Shown: positions 29,691 to 38,648 of the stretch, one piece after another | Position numbering within the stretch: the stretch's first letter is position 1 | Layout of the letters: every line of letters starts with the position of its first letter | IMG/VR virus record: IMGVR_UViG_3300012176_000002 | Span: 1-53,473 of that record | DNA length: 53,473 nucleotides | Reading direction: 5' to 3' (one strand) | Source of the DNA: a virus | The notes under the pieces: generated by a model | What the model was told of the DNA's origin: nothing | The model's input: the letters and a program-made list of their open reading frames with translations, nothing else | Database searches by the model: none | Program-made: the position numbers and the translations under genes

Positions 29691-30144
29691 TCTTCCCCAG
29701 CCTCCCACATTCCTCTACCCTGTGAAATTTGTTTGCAAAAGGTAGTATGGCATTGCGTACTGCAATAAACTCTGGGTCATCGCATTGCATGGAACATAAG
29801 TGATATGCAATCTGTCTAGCAATGCGTACATCAATTTTTATATGTAAACCCCCACACCATAACGGAAGACAGGAAAAATCAATGTCCGCGCCACCAAGAT
29901 CTGCATCCCGAAGATCTGCTCTCCATAGTTCTGCTTCCCGAAGGTCAGCAGTTCGAAGGTCAGCACCCCGAAGGTCGGCATTATGAAGGTCGGAAACCCG
30001 AAGGTCGATATTATGAAGGTCAGCGCCCCGAAGGTCAATATTGTGAAGGTCAGCATATTGCAAGTCATATTCCCTTAGTTTAGTTATATTTTCACCTTCT
30101 ATGAGTTTAAAAACCTTATTTCTATCAAATGGTTTTAATTCCAT
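29683..30144 (-). CDS. Pentapeptide repeat protein
   Basis: A(D/N)LxG-type repeats with 15-bp DNA periodicity; C-terminal PLWCG. Confidence 0.9.
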   Translation of the reverse strand: MELKPFDRNKVFKLIEGENITKLREYDLQYADLHNIDLRGADLHNIDLRVSDLHNADLRGADLRTADLREAELWRADLRDADLGGADIDFSCLPLWCGGLHIKIDVRIARQIAYHLCSMQCDDPEFIAVRNAILPFANKFHRVEECGRLGKIE

Positions 30145-31031
30145 TTTTCCTCCTTTCTTACTATACTGAACATATCGTCGATGTTTTTTAACAAACCATA
30201 TCTATTAGTAGAGACGGAGCTTTTTGCAAATTTCTGTTCAACCAAATCAATGTGGAATGTCATTGTGCCATCATCCCCCATATAAAATTGATCCCACTCC
30301 TCCTGTGTCATTAATCGTCTTACATCTAATTGTTCAATGGAGAGATTGTCAAATGACACCACATTAAAGGCGCTAATAATGTTTTGAATATTATCGTAGA
30401 GCCACTTCTGATTTTCTGATATGTCTTCATGCCATTCTTTAAGCCATTCGGTTCCACGGCGTAAATCCTTATAGCCCAATATCAACATTTTTAAGTTTTT
30501 ATTTTGAAGGATTTCAAGATTGTTAGCGTTAAAGATCCCATTTATAACATGCAATACTGCATTAGGAAACTCTTGCAGAGATTCAACTAGAATTTCAGAA
30601 GGTTTATTTAAAGATACCCCTAGCCCGTAGATGAGTTTTTTATTAGTGAGTTCATGTAATAGGTCTTTGTTTTGTTCAAAATGTTGCTGATTTACTGTTA
30701 TATTGGATATAACCTTCTTATGTTTTAGTTTGGTAAGGAATTTAATAAGATCTGGATGAGAAAGCGGATTCCCTCCACCTATGGCAATTTCGGTAAATGG
30801 ATGTAGTGTATCAAGAAATTCTTGATTTAATATATCTCCGTACACGCCATCCTTCGTAGAACCTTCATGACAATACGGGCAATTCATGTCGCATTGATTG
30901 GTAATTTTACAATCACAATTTTCTGAAAAGGATGGAATAAATTCATTTTCTCTTGTTTCTCTTATCTTAGATCCGTCTGACAGAATAGTCGTTGTATAAT
31001 TACCATTTTTATAGATCCCAAGAATTTTCAT
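30135..31031 (-). CDS. Radical SAM protein
   Basis: CDMNCPYC (CxxxCxxC), IGGGNPL, NITVN. Confidence 0.9.
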   Translation of the reverse strand: MKILGIYKNGNYTTTILSDGSKIRETRENEFIPSFSENCDCKITNQCDMNCPYCHEGSTKDGVYGDILNQEFLDTLHPFTEIAIGGGNPLSHPDLIKFLTKLKHKKVISNITVNQQHFEQNKDLLHELTNKKLIYGLGVSLNKPSEILVESLQEFPNAVLHVINGIFNANNLEILQNKNLKMLILGYKDLRRGTEWLKEWHEDISENQKWLYDNIQNIISAFNVVSFDNLSIEQLDVRRLMTQEEWDQFYMGDDGTMTFHIDLVEQKFAKSSVSTNRYGLLKNIDDMFSIVRKEEKWN

Positions 31032-31033
31032 AC

Positions 31034-31417
31034 TCAACATCCATACCCAAATTCCCCAAATGCTACAACTTTTTCCCCTGATGGTGTAGTAAAATACTCA
31101 TCAAAATATTCCAAATCTGATCCGACATCTTCAAATCTCTTGAATCCATACCCTCTTAACTCTTTATAAAGTTTTTCGTCATCTACGCTGTTTAATCTAT
31201 CTAAATTAACATATTGTGAATGTTTACAACATTCAATAGCCTCTTTTTTGGTACAAAATTGACCTTGTGGGATATAATCCTCATCAACATCCCAAACTTC
31301 ATCCATTAGTAATACTTCACCAGAAACCCACCTATCAAAGTCTGACTTCATACACATGGTTAAAGAATGTGTACTACTACTATTAGTTTCAAATACGCCT
31401 CTACGAATTGTCCTCAT
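31034..31417 (-). CDS. 'FETNSSS' family hypothetical protein
   Basis: N-terminal IRRGVFETNSSSTHS. Confidence 0.8.
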   Translation of the reverse strand: MRTIRRGVFETNSSSTHSLTMCMKSDFDRWVSGEVLLMDEVWDVDEDYIPQGQFCTKKEAIECCKHSQYVNLDRLNSVDDEKLYKELRGYGFKRFEDVGSDLEYFDEYFTTPSGEKVVAFGEFGYGC

Positions 31418-31428
31418 TCGTCTTCCTC

Positions 31429-31968
31429 CTAATAATTATAATTTGGTAATTCCACTTCAATTTCGTCCGGATTAATAACCCCCGTTCTTTTCAGCCTATT
31501 CCACACGCTATACTCATCCCCATCTACAATGATAATGTATCTCTTATTAAGAAGAAATTCTTTGAAAGATATATTATTCTCCTCAAGATATCCGCTTAAA
31601 ATCCCATCAGATTCATGATCAATTGATCCGTGGTATTCTTCCTCGTCCCAATTGGTGGGGAATTCAATGCCACTACAGTTATTTAAAATCTCTTTTAATA
31701 CATCAATGATTTCTTCAGTTTTATCGTTATCATTAGAATAAGCCGCTAATAGGTATCGTAGCTTTTCATATGGAGATGATAAAACATTAAATGGGAAACG
31801 TCCAAATTCCAAGTCCTCTTCTCTCAAAAAACTTATCTTCCCATCATCATCCAGCCAAAAACACCTCTCTATTTCTTCCACATTAAAATATTCTGATTTC
31901 TTTTTTATAACAAGAGAATGAGAACTACTTGAATTTATTTCAAAAACTCCACGCCTGATAACTTTCAT
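31429..31968 (-). CDS. 'FE(I)NSSS' family hypothetical protein (N-terminal paralog of 31034..31417)
   Basis: MKVIRRGVFEINSSSSHS; GSIDH; RBS GGAGG before 31968. Confidence 0.8.
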   Translation of the reverse strand: MKVIRRGVFEINSSSSHSLVIKKKSEYFNVEEIERCFWLDDDGKISFLREEDLEFGRFPFNVLSSPYEKLRYLLAAYSNDNDKTEEIIDVLKEILNNCSGIEFPTNWDEEEYHGSIDHESDGILSGYLEENNISFKEFLLNKRYIIIVDGDEYSVWNRLKRTGVINPDEIEVELPNYNY

Positions 31969-32005
31969 CGGTTCCTCCCTTTTAAATTTAAATGAATTGT
32001 CCAAT

Positions 32006-33211
32006 TTATACACTTTTCACCGTCTGTCTTGTCATTCCGTTGCTCTTATAAATCTTTTCAATACAACCAAGACTTGATGACAATTCTTCTACGGGCAATC
32101 CATTTTTCGAGCCATCCATAATAGTATTATCGGTTTCATCTAAATGAGTAACCGCAAGACTATATTTAACTTTCCTACCTTTTATCTTATCAATATCTTT
32201 TTTGACTGTCTTGACAAATAACTCTTTATCAAAGTAGCCGTATCTAAAATCGCCTTGAAACTCGTTATAGTGATTTGTTAAATCCACAAGATTTTCACCT
32301 ATATCTACCTTTTGGCATTCCGTTGGGAAAGCGCCTGCCCCATGTCGCGTCATATAAGAACGTGTAATGTAGCAAATTTCAACATCATTGAACTTATCCC
32401 AATCAGCTCCTAAGTAATAAAGGGCAGTAAGTACATTGTCTATTCCTGTGTTCGATGGTGTTAAGTTAGGGAAGAACGCCTTATTGTTTTTATCCAATAA
32501 CAAACCCTGAGACCCTTCAAACACTAATGTATTGAATTTGTCTAAAATTTCATCCCCAACAATTTCACAGTAGTTCAGCATTTCGTTGAATTGCCTAATA
32601 TAATTTCTTTGAATCGTTTTGTTATTAAGTAATTCCATGTCTTGCAAAGAGATATTTTTTACGCCCAACTCTTTTAATCTATCTACCGAATACTCTGCCC
32701 TCACTGTATCCATGAAGTCATCCATATATGAATTTATATGAGCATTCGAAACTGTGTTGTCAATATTTAGAGTTTTGTTTCTTACAAGTGTTTCATTAAT
32801 TCCCAGACCACAACTGCCGTGTCTGTTATCGCCCCTATATCTTTCAATCATTTGATTAACCATCATATCAAAGGGCAATGTAATCTTGCATTGTGGATGT
32901 AAGTAAACTTTTGGCTTAATACCAAGCTTAACTAATTTATTATATTCCTTCCAAAAGATGATTGGATTTACTATGAAATCCTTATTAAGATAAGTGGCAA
33001 CATTATTATTTAGAATACCTGCACCAAAATGACTAAATACATGCCTTACTCCATCTGGAGTAACCACAGTATGCCCTGCCTGTGAGCCGCCACAAAATCT
33101 TATGTTGAGAGCATCTTCTATAAAGGACTTTTGATTACAGAAATAATCCGTCATCAGTCCCTTGCCCTCGTCCCCGAAATTAGTTCCAATTAATATTTTT
33201 ATCTTTTTCAT
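32006..33211 (-). CDS. Divergent adenylosuccinate synthetase (PurA)-like ligase
   Basis: GDEGKG, GGSQAGHT, EGSQG and YMTRHGAGAFPTE motifs; Asp-binding loop replaced. Confidence 0.85.
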   Translation of the reverse strand: MKKIKILIGTNFGDEGKGLMTDYFCNQKSFIEDALNIRFCGGSQAGHTVVTPDGVRHVFSHFGAGILNNNVATYLNKDFIVNPIIFWKEYNKLVKLGIKPKVYLHPQCKITLPFDMMVNQMIERYRGDNRHGSCGLGINETLVRNKTLNIDNTVSNAHINSYMDDFMDTVRAEYSVDRLKELGVKNISLQDMELLNNKTIQRNYIRQFNEMLNYCEIVGDEILDKFNTLVFEGSQGLLLDKNNKAFFPNLTPSNTGIDNVLTALYYLGADWDKFNDVEICYITRSYMTRHGAGAFPTECQKVDIGENLVDLTNHYNEFQGDFRYGYFDKELFVKTVKKDIDKIKGRKVKYSLAVTHLDETDNTIMDGSKNGLPVEELSSSLGCIEKIYKSNGMTRQTVKSV

Positions 33212-33234
33212 AATGTTGCCACCTCCCTTCTTAT

Positions 33235-34137
33235 TTACATTTCAACCAAGTCGTTACTTTGGCTTAATGTTAATAAATCCTTAATTGCTTCTTTTACTAC
33301 CAGTGCAGTATTACCGTCCCAGCTTCCAACTACCTCATCAACAGGCTTGCCGCCCATTGTTTCAAGAATGGATACGATTATCTCTGGAATTTTAGTATAG
33401 TCTGATACCTTAATGGCTCTCTCCCCAAGTAACTCTACCCATGCCGGTTTATTCATAGAATGTGCGCTACCGCCTTGCTCTAACAATAAGTGGAATACCT
33501 CGTATTGCCGATTTACTTGAGCCAGCACTTCTTTGACTGGAATATCAGCTTCTACAACATCACCAAAGAACTCTTCAATTTCCCTTTTAGTAATAACTTT
33601 GGGATAACAGTCATCACCCATAGTAAAAATAAATCCCTTTTTGTTTCTCTTTTCATAACAATCAATCTTTGTATGATTGGCGGCAAAGTACCATACTAGC
33701 GGATAACTTTCAAAATTATTCCCGCCGCCGCCTTGTTCAAACCATAAGTCGGTAAGCTGTTCGGCAATACGGATATCCGATTCAAACTGGGTTGATTGCA
33801 ATGGGGCATCATCACACATTGCATCCCCGACAGCATTAAACATGATCTGTGGGTCTGCCACCGGCTGACGGTCATATATATTACCTACCAATGTACCTAG
33901 CTTTTCAGCAACGGCTTCTAAAATCCTCGACATCGAGCCAGTTACGTCTAACCCAATAATGATTGCATTACTGTTGGGATGTTCGTCACTATCACAGCTT
34001 TCTCTGATATCTACGTTTTTGGGATCATATTCTGGCTTGATGCTTCGTGACTTATAAATTGATGTAGCTGATTTACCTTTGATGTGCGTTGTAGAATAAC
34101 TTGACCAATCGCTTGCTGTCCAACTTCCTCCACCCAT
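33235..34137 (-). CDS. vWA domain protein with MGGGSW N-terminus
   Basis: MIDAS-like LDVTGSM, GGGNNFESY, TMGD. Confidence 0.85.
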   Translation of the reverse strand: MGGGSWTASDWSSYSTTHIKGKSATSIYKSRSIKPEYDPKNVDIRESCDSDEHPNSNAIIIGLDVTGSMSRILEAVAEKLGTLVGNIYDRQPVADPQIMFNAVGDAMCDDAPLQSTQFESDIRIAEQLTDLWFEQGGGGNNFESYPLVWYFAANHTKIDCYEKRNKKGFIFTMGDDCYPKVITKREIEEFFGDVVEADIPVKEVLAQVNRQYEVFHLLLEQGGSAHSMNKPAWVELLGERAIKVSDYTKIPEIIVSILETMGGKPVDEVVGSWDGNTALVVKEAIKDLLTLSQSNDLVEM

Positions 34138-34139
34138 AA

Positions 34140-34250
34140 TTACTTATCCTCCTTTTCGTCTTTACCCTTTACTTCTGTTTCAGTGGCAGTTGTCTCCACT
34201 GTTTTCTCTTCCATCATTTCTTCCCATGTTCTTTCTGTCGTCATTCCCAT
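34140..34250 (-). CDS. 36-aa Thr/Glu-rich peptide (not in ORF track)
   Basis: MGMTTERTWEEMMEEKTVETTATETEVKGKDEKEDK; fills the gap between genes and stops 2 nt before the vWA start. Confidence 0.5.
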   Translation of the reverse strand: MGMTTERTWEEMMEEKTVETTATETEVKGKDEKEDK

Positions 34251-34273
34251 TTTTAATAATCTCTTTTTTAATA

Positions 34274-35296
34274 TTATATTTTGTAAATATCGTTTTTATT
34301 GATATTCAGTTTTATAAACTTGCGTTTGCCAAATGCTTCTGTTAATGAATCATTCCATTTTCTAAATTCATCAACTGCCTTTTCTGACGATCCACTTCTT
34401 AAAAATCTTGCAATTGCTTTTGGATATGATGCTGCCTCTTTCTTAGAGGATGTTAAAGATAGGTTTCCAAGTATCTGTCTTCCTATTAATTTACTACTTT
34501 CTAAATCAGTGATAATTGTTGCAATTTTCATCCCTTTTTCTTTAATTGGAATAATATCGTATATTGCTTTTTGAGTCCCAATCATTTTTTCTCCTTGATT
34601 GATACAGTACCACCACCCTCCTAATAAAATGATAGTATGATATTCTGGAGATACAAAACAATTACTAAGACTTATACCGTTATGAGCTACTTTTATATAA
34701 TCTAAGTAGCAACATATATTATTGAGCCTACTTATAATCCATGCAGAGTGTTCTGGAGGTATCTTACCATTGAAGTGATTTAGCAAATCATCCAGTAAAA
34801 ACATGTCAGCCGTTTTATAAAAAGCAATACACCATCTCCCATCTTTTAATTTATAGTTATACATGATTTTCGGCATAAAACGGGATACTTCTTTCTTCAT
34901 ACCATCGTTTGCGTATTTTAGACTTTGAATCTTTCGAATAGCATTTTGATAGTATTTTTCATGCTTCGCTTCTAAAATATAAATCACTTCATCGTCACAT
35001 ATGTAGAACACCCCCAATTCAAAATTATTTTCTGATAGAAATTTATGATTTGATTTTTTACCAGAAAACTCCACAAGGATTACTTGGTTACTAACCTCCC
35101 ACTCTCCAATCTCAATAAGGTACATTGCTTTTTCATATAATGAATTTATTTTAGCCATTATGCCATTATCATTCTTGTAAATGTCTGGATGATACTTTCG
35201 TGATAGTTCTCTATATTCTGCCTTTGCAACGTCTTTATTATTTGAAAAAATATCACCACACTTTTTTGCCGCAAGTATTACTTTTTCCGAAATCAA
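34274..35296 (-). CDS. J-domain protein fused to a kinase-like (pseudokinase) domain
   Basis: YRELSRKYHPD J motif; HNGISLSN and LGGW replace HxDxxxxN and DFG. Confidence 0.75.
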   Translation of the reverse strand: MISEKVILAAKKCGDIFSNNKDVAKAEYRELSRKYHPDIYKNDNGIMAKINSLYEKAMYLIEIGEWEVSNQVILVEFSGKKSNHKFLSENNFELGVFYICDDEVIYILEAKHEKYYQNAIRKIQSLKYANDGMKKEVSRFMPKIMYNYKLKDGRWCIAFYKTADMFLLDDLLNHFNGKIPPEHSAWIISRLNNICCYLDYIKVAHNGISLSNCFVSPEYHTIILLGGWWYCINQGEKMIGTQKAIYDIIPIKEKGMKIATIITDLESSKLIGRQILGNLSLTSSKKEAASYPKAIARFLRSGSSEKAVDEFRKWNDSLTEAFGKRKFIKLNINKNDIYKI

Positions 35297-35326
35297 TTAG
35301 CCCCCTCCTTCCACTAATATATTTGA

Positions 35327-35344
35327 ATGAAACTGGCAATTCAT
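35327..35344. repeat. Junction repeat ATGAAA-CTGGCA-ATTCAT
   Basis: Between the sigma factor gene and the J-domain operon. Confidence 0.65.
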
Positions 35345-35359
35345 AGTCCCCTGGTTACA

Positions 35360-35893
35360 CTATTCCTGACTGAACTCTATGTATTTATTCCGAACCTTTT
35401 TCATAATCTGCTGAACGCGGGATTTAGATAATCCTTCTACTATAGCAACATCACCATTAGAAAACCCATTCATTTTCATCAGTAGCACTTTTACCTCTCT
35501 ATTTCTTAATATGCGTAAAAAATCTAAAATCGAATAGTGGGAAATGACATTTTTTTCAAAATAATTTTCATCAGGGATTAAATCAATTAGTGGAACCTTC
35601 CTGCCCTCTAAAAACCGCTCTGTAGATAATGATAAAACAGCACTATTCATTTTCCTTTTAAGACTTTTCTCTTTCCTTATTTCATCAACAATAGAGTCAT
35701 GAATATATTTGCAGGCGCGTTCCTCAAATCCTCCCAACTCTTCGTTATAATTCATTGCAGCCTTGCACAATCCTTCCGCTGCCGCACCATAATAATCATC
35801 ATGGTTTCGGTATGGAATTTTCATATGCTTAAGAGACCTTGCAATGAGATAGTGGGAATCTTCCACCAGTTTGCTTTGATTATCAGTTAAAAT
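35360..35893 (-). CDS. Phage sigma70-family RNA polymerase sigma factor, probable ATT start
   Basis: Region 2 (AAEGLCKAAMNY...F...A...I) and region 4 HTH (GFSNGDVA...SKSRVQQI); ATT at 35893 is 8 nt after GGAGG. Confidence 0.85.
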   Translation of the reverse strand: MLTDNQSKLVEDSHYLIARSLKHMKIPYRNHDDYYGAAAEGLCKAAMNYNEELGGFEERACKYIHDSIVDEIRKEKSLKRKMNSAVLSLSTERFLEGRKVPLIDLIPDENYFEKNVISHYSILDFLRILRNREVKVLLMKMNGFSNGDVAIVEGLSKSRVQQIMKKVRNKYIEFSQE

Positions 35894-35982
35894 ATCCTTG
35901 TCCTCCTAAATTTAAGTTTACAAAATCGAGGTATCTAATCGATACCGTAAAAATCGTTTGTTCTAATGGAATTCTGTGGTAA

Positions 35983-36024
35983 TTAGTCAATCGTGTTCTG
36001 TGATGCAGACCGCCAAATCCGCAT
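35983..36024 (-). promoter_or_regulatory. Bipartite RNA motif copy 1 (UUGGCG-loop hairpin + GAACAC..UGACUAA)
   Basis: AUGCGGAU-UUGGCG-GUCUGCAU, then CAGAACACGAUUGACUAA; upstream of the sigma gene. Confidence 0.6.
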
Positions 36025-36644
36025 TATTTTTCCATTATAAGATCAACATTACAACTGCCGCATTTAATAGCTTTGTTAATTTTTGCTTTCACTGCAAGGC
36101 CGCATTTGGGACACCTATACTCAAATGTCTTTTTCTCCCGTGGCTTTGCTTCCTTTTTAGCACTACTAACGCGAAAATACTCAAATGCTTCTGGATCAGG
36201 CCTAATGATGTCCTCTATGTACGATAATAGTTCCGTATCTGGCGTAGTAAAACCCCACCCATATTTATCGCTCTTTTCACAAATGAGTCCTACACTTTCG
36301 GCAAGTACTTTGAATTTCTTATTATGCTTTTGGCCATTACAGTCTTTTACGTCATTGAGTTTGTTTGAAAAGTGAACCATTTCATGGTGCAGAGTAGAAA
36401 CGATACCGGAGGCCGGTCTGTTTAGATTTACTGGATTGATGTTGATTTCGTAAAGAGAATTTTCTTCCTTATCTTTTTCTTCAGTCTTCTTCCACGCTTT
36501 GTATAAAGTAAAATGCCCCAAACTGTTCGCTCTTGATTTCTGAATTGTTATCATTGGGTGCGGGAGCTGCCCGTCATAGTATCTTTCATTTAACATATCA
36601 AAAACTCTATATAACTCTGTGGTTGTCTTAACTATTGTATTCAA
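36024..36644 (-). CDS. SprT-like zinc metalloprotease with C-terminal Zn ribbon
   Basis: LHHEMVH, HNKKFK, CPKC...CGSC. Confidence 0.85.
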   Translation of the reverse strand: MNTIVKTTTELYRVFDMLNERYYDGQLPHPMITIQKSRANSLGHFTLYKAWKKTEEKDKEENSLYEININPVNLNRPASGIVSTLHHEMVHFSNKLNDVKDCNGQKHNKKFKVLAESVGLICEKSDKYGWGFTTPDTELLSYIEDIIRPDPEAFEYFRVSSAKKEAKPREKKTFEYRCPKCGLAVKAKINKAIKCGSCNVDLIMEK

Positions 36645-36662
36645 TTTAAGCTCCTTTTCTTT

Positions 36663-36680
36663 ATAAAATAATCATTTTAA
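36663..36680. repeat. Junction repeat ATAAAA-TAATCA-TTTTAA
   Basis: Upstream of the SprT-like gene RBS. Confidence 0.6.
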
Positions 36681-36961
36681 TGTGGCTGGATTTATTCTGT
36701 GACGGGGGTAGGGGCTTTAAAGCTTCGATAGAAGTCAAGTGCATCATTCCAAGCGATTTCTGGTGTAGCAGCCCATCCGCAGCAGTCATTACACCAGTCG
36801 TTGCCAGTGTTAGACCACAGAATCCAATAATATGGCTTTTGTAAATTGTTCTCTGACTTTGCTGAGACGGACACTTCAATTTTGTATGCAAATTTCAAAT
36901 AAAACACCGCCTTTGTATATATTGTTATCCATATGATGATACCCCCTTACCCCATGCTCAA

Positions 36962-36979
36962 ATGAAACTTAGAATCTAT
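36962..36979. repeat. Junction repeat ATGAAA-CTTAGA-ATCTAT
   Basis: Overlaps the stop of 36976..37485. Confidence 0.65.
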
Positions 36980-37485
36980 TGCCTTTTGCTTTTCAGATAA
37001 TCATCTCTAAAAATTTCGTACATTTTACTATCGTAAAATTTGTTATCCATTAACTTAGAGTCCTCTTTATATATGCCAACAATCCTGCCGCCATATTTGG
37101 CTACCAGCCTATCGTATGAACGCTCTATAGGATTCCCAACAATAACACTGAATGCTATTTTTCTAAAGTTATATTTCTCAAAGATATCTGTAATAACATT
37201 CATCAGATCCCTTCCGTATGTAACTTTGTTATCAGAAAAGTTAATCGCTCCAATACTACTTACACAATCATTTGGTCTATTGATGCTATAGGATATAAAA
37301 CCTAATATCTTTCCATCCTTATCTATAGAAACAAACTGGTGGTTATCCCAAGTTGAATCTGCTGCCTTGTATGCTTCCGAGTAGCATGTATGATAAAATT
37401 TGTATTTTTCGTCATGCCAAGTATCTATAAGCAGTTTTTGCAATTCAGCTTCATATTTATTAGCTACGTCGAGCATTTTATTCAC
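36976..37485 (-). CDS. GNAT (RimJ/RimL-like) acetyltransferase-fold protein
   Basis: ILGFISY...F..YNFRKI...VIVGN...G...DNKFYD...YEI pattern. Confidence 0.7.
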   Translation of the reverse strand: MNKMLDVANKYEAELQKLLIDTWHDEKYKFYHTCYSEAYKAADSTWDNHQFVSIDKDGKILGFISYSINRPNDCVSSIGAINFSDNKVTYGRDLMNVITDIFEKYNFRKIAFSVIVGNPIERSYDRLVAKYGGRIVGIYKEDSKLMDNKFYDSKMYEIFRDDYLKSKRQ

Positions 37486-37831
37486 CCGCCTTTTTGTATC
37501 CTGCTATGTACTCTTCATCTCCGTGAATATTCGTAATAGCATCCTTGCAGTTTTGACAATCTCCGTCACAAATAACTTCCATTTTTGATACATCTGAAAT
37601 ACCATTTTCATCGACACACGGAAGTAAATCGTACCCTTCCCAGCAAAACACTATACCTGTGATATTTACGGTTGCATATTCGTCGTCGAAATCCGGATGA
37701 CTTTTTACTGTGCGTTTTATGGTTTTAAAGCAAACATCAAATTCTCTGACTTCCCCGTCATCCAAAACCAACCTTGTCCTGTCTCCGACGTTGATAGGAA
37801 GACCATTCTTATCTTTTAATCCTGCATCCAT
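37478..37831 (-). CDS. YopX-like protein
   Basis: GLKDKNG..I..GD...MEVI...NIH. Confidence 0.6.
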   Translation of the reverse strand: MDAGLKDKNGLPINVGDRTRLVLDDGEVREFDVCFKTIKRTVKSHPDFDDEYATVNITGIVFCWEGYDLLPCVDENGISDVSKMEVICDGDCQNCKDAITNIHGDEEYIAGYKKAGE

Positions 37832-37866
37832 ACATTTTCCCTTTCTTGATTAAATATTAATTTACA

Positions 37867-38277
37867 TTACGTTGCAAATTCATGATACGGACAATCTCTG
37901 CCGCCATTTATTTCGTCATATGGCACTTCTACATTTTCGTCCATATACGGGCAATTACATCTATGACCTTTTCTCAGTATTGCCGCATAGACTCTGTATG
38001 GTGTGATACCACCGCCTTCTATCGAACCCCACCTGCATTCTTCACAGCATTTTTCCTTGTACCGCCAATCTTCTCTTCCCCGCCCAAAAGCATCCGACAC
38101 TCTTTGAGTAAAACCCTCCCCAAACTCCACCGAAAAAGATAACCCTTTAATTACTTTTTCATCCTCGTCTTCTCCTACGTCCTCCATTGAAACATACACT
38201 ATTTTAGCGTCTGTCCATTGTCTCCTATAATCACCCGTTCTTACCTGCATTGGTATTTTTAAATCTAGTGATTGCAT
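37867..38277 (-). CDS. Hypothetical protein with Cys-rich C-terminus
   Basis: CEECRW...CNCPY...DCPY. Confidence 0.6.
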   Translation of the reverse strand: MQSLDLKIPMQVRTGDYRRQWTDAKIVYVSMEDVGEDEDEKVIKGLSFSVEFGEGFTQRVSDAFGRGREDWRYKEKCCEECRWGSIEGGGITPYRVYAAILRKGHRCNCPYMDENVEVPYDEINGGRDCPYHEFAT

Positions 38278-38278
38278 T

Positions 38279-38533
38279 TTATACCCCCATTACCGTTATT
38301 CCCCAACATTCCTCACACGTAATGCCTCTACAGCCACGTTCAATACACCCATCCAGAAACCTATAAGTATCGATATCTTGATCGGGCAAAATACTATCAA
38401 TCTCATAGGGGCAGTGTTCATCAATTATTTCTGTCCTACACAGGTGTTTAAATAATTTAAATCCAACATCAATTCTCTTCATACTCATCTCCCGTACACA
38501 TTTCTCTAATTGCACAACTACTACAAAAGTCAT
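38279..38533 (-). CDS. Small Cys-rich protein
   Basis: CPY...CRGITCEECW; start probably MSMKR. Confidence 0.55.
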   Translation of the reverse strand: MTFVVVVQLEKCVREMSMKRIDVGFKLFKHLCRTEIIDEHCPYEIDSILPDQDIDTYRFLDGCIERGCRGITCEECWGITVMGV

Positions 38534-38648
38534 CTATATACTCACAGTTCTCACAACCACAATAATCTGGCTCACTATATCCCTCACACATTCCACCAAC
38601 ATCATAAATACATTCAAACATTTCGCACTCTGCGTCTATCAAGCTCAT
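38469..38648 (-). CDS. Small Cys-rich acidic protein (59 aa, not in ORF track)
   Basis: MSLIDAECEMFECIYDVGGMC...CGCENCEY...CSSC. Confidence 0.55.
   Translation of the reverse strand: MSLIDAECEMFECIYDVGGMCEGYSEPDYCGCENCEYIDDFCSSCAIREMCTGDEYEEN

Noticed and set aside
29880-30065. 15-bp periodic repeats (GAAGGTC...) as a CRISPR array or DNA repeat element
   Set aside because: They are fully explained by pentapeptide-repeat coding, and there are no unique spacers.
32006-33211. PurZ (Z-genome) assignment for the PurA-like gene
   Set aside because: It retains GDEGKG rather than the PurZ GSTGKG, and I recognise no DatZ/MazZ-like genes nearby.
34274-35296. Active Ser/Thr kinase
   Set aside because: The catalytic-loop Asp and the DFG motif are absent (HNGISLSN, LGGW), so it is treated as a pseudokinase.
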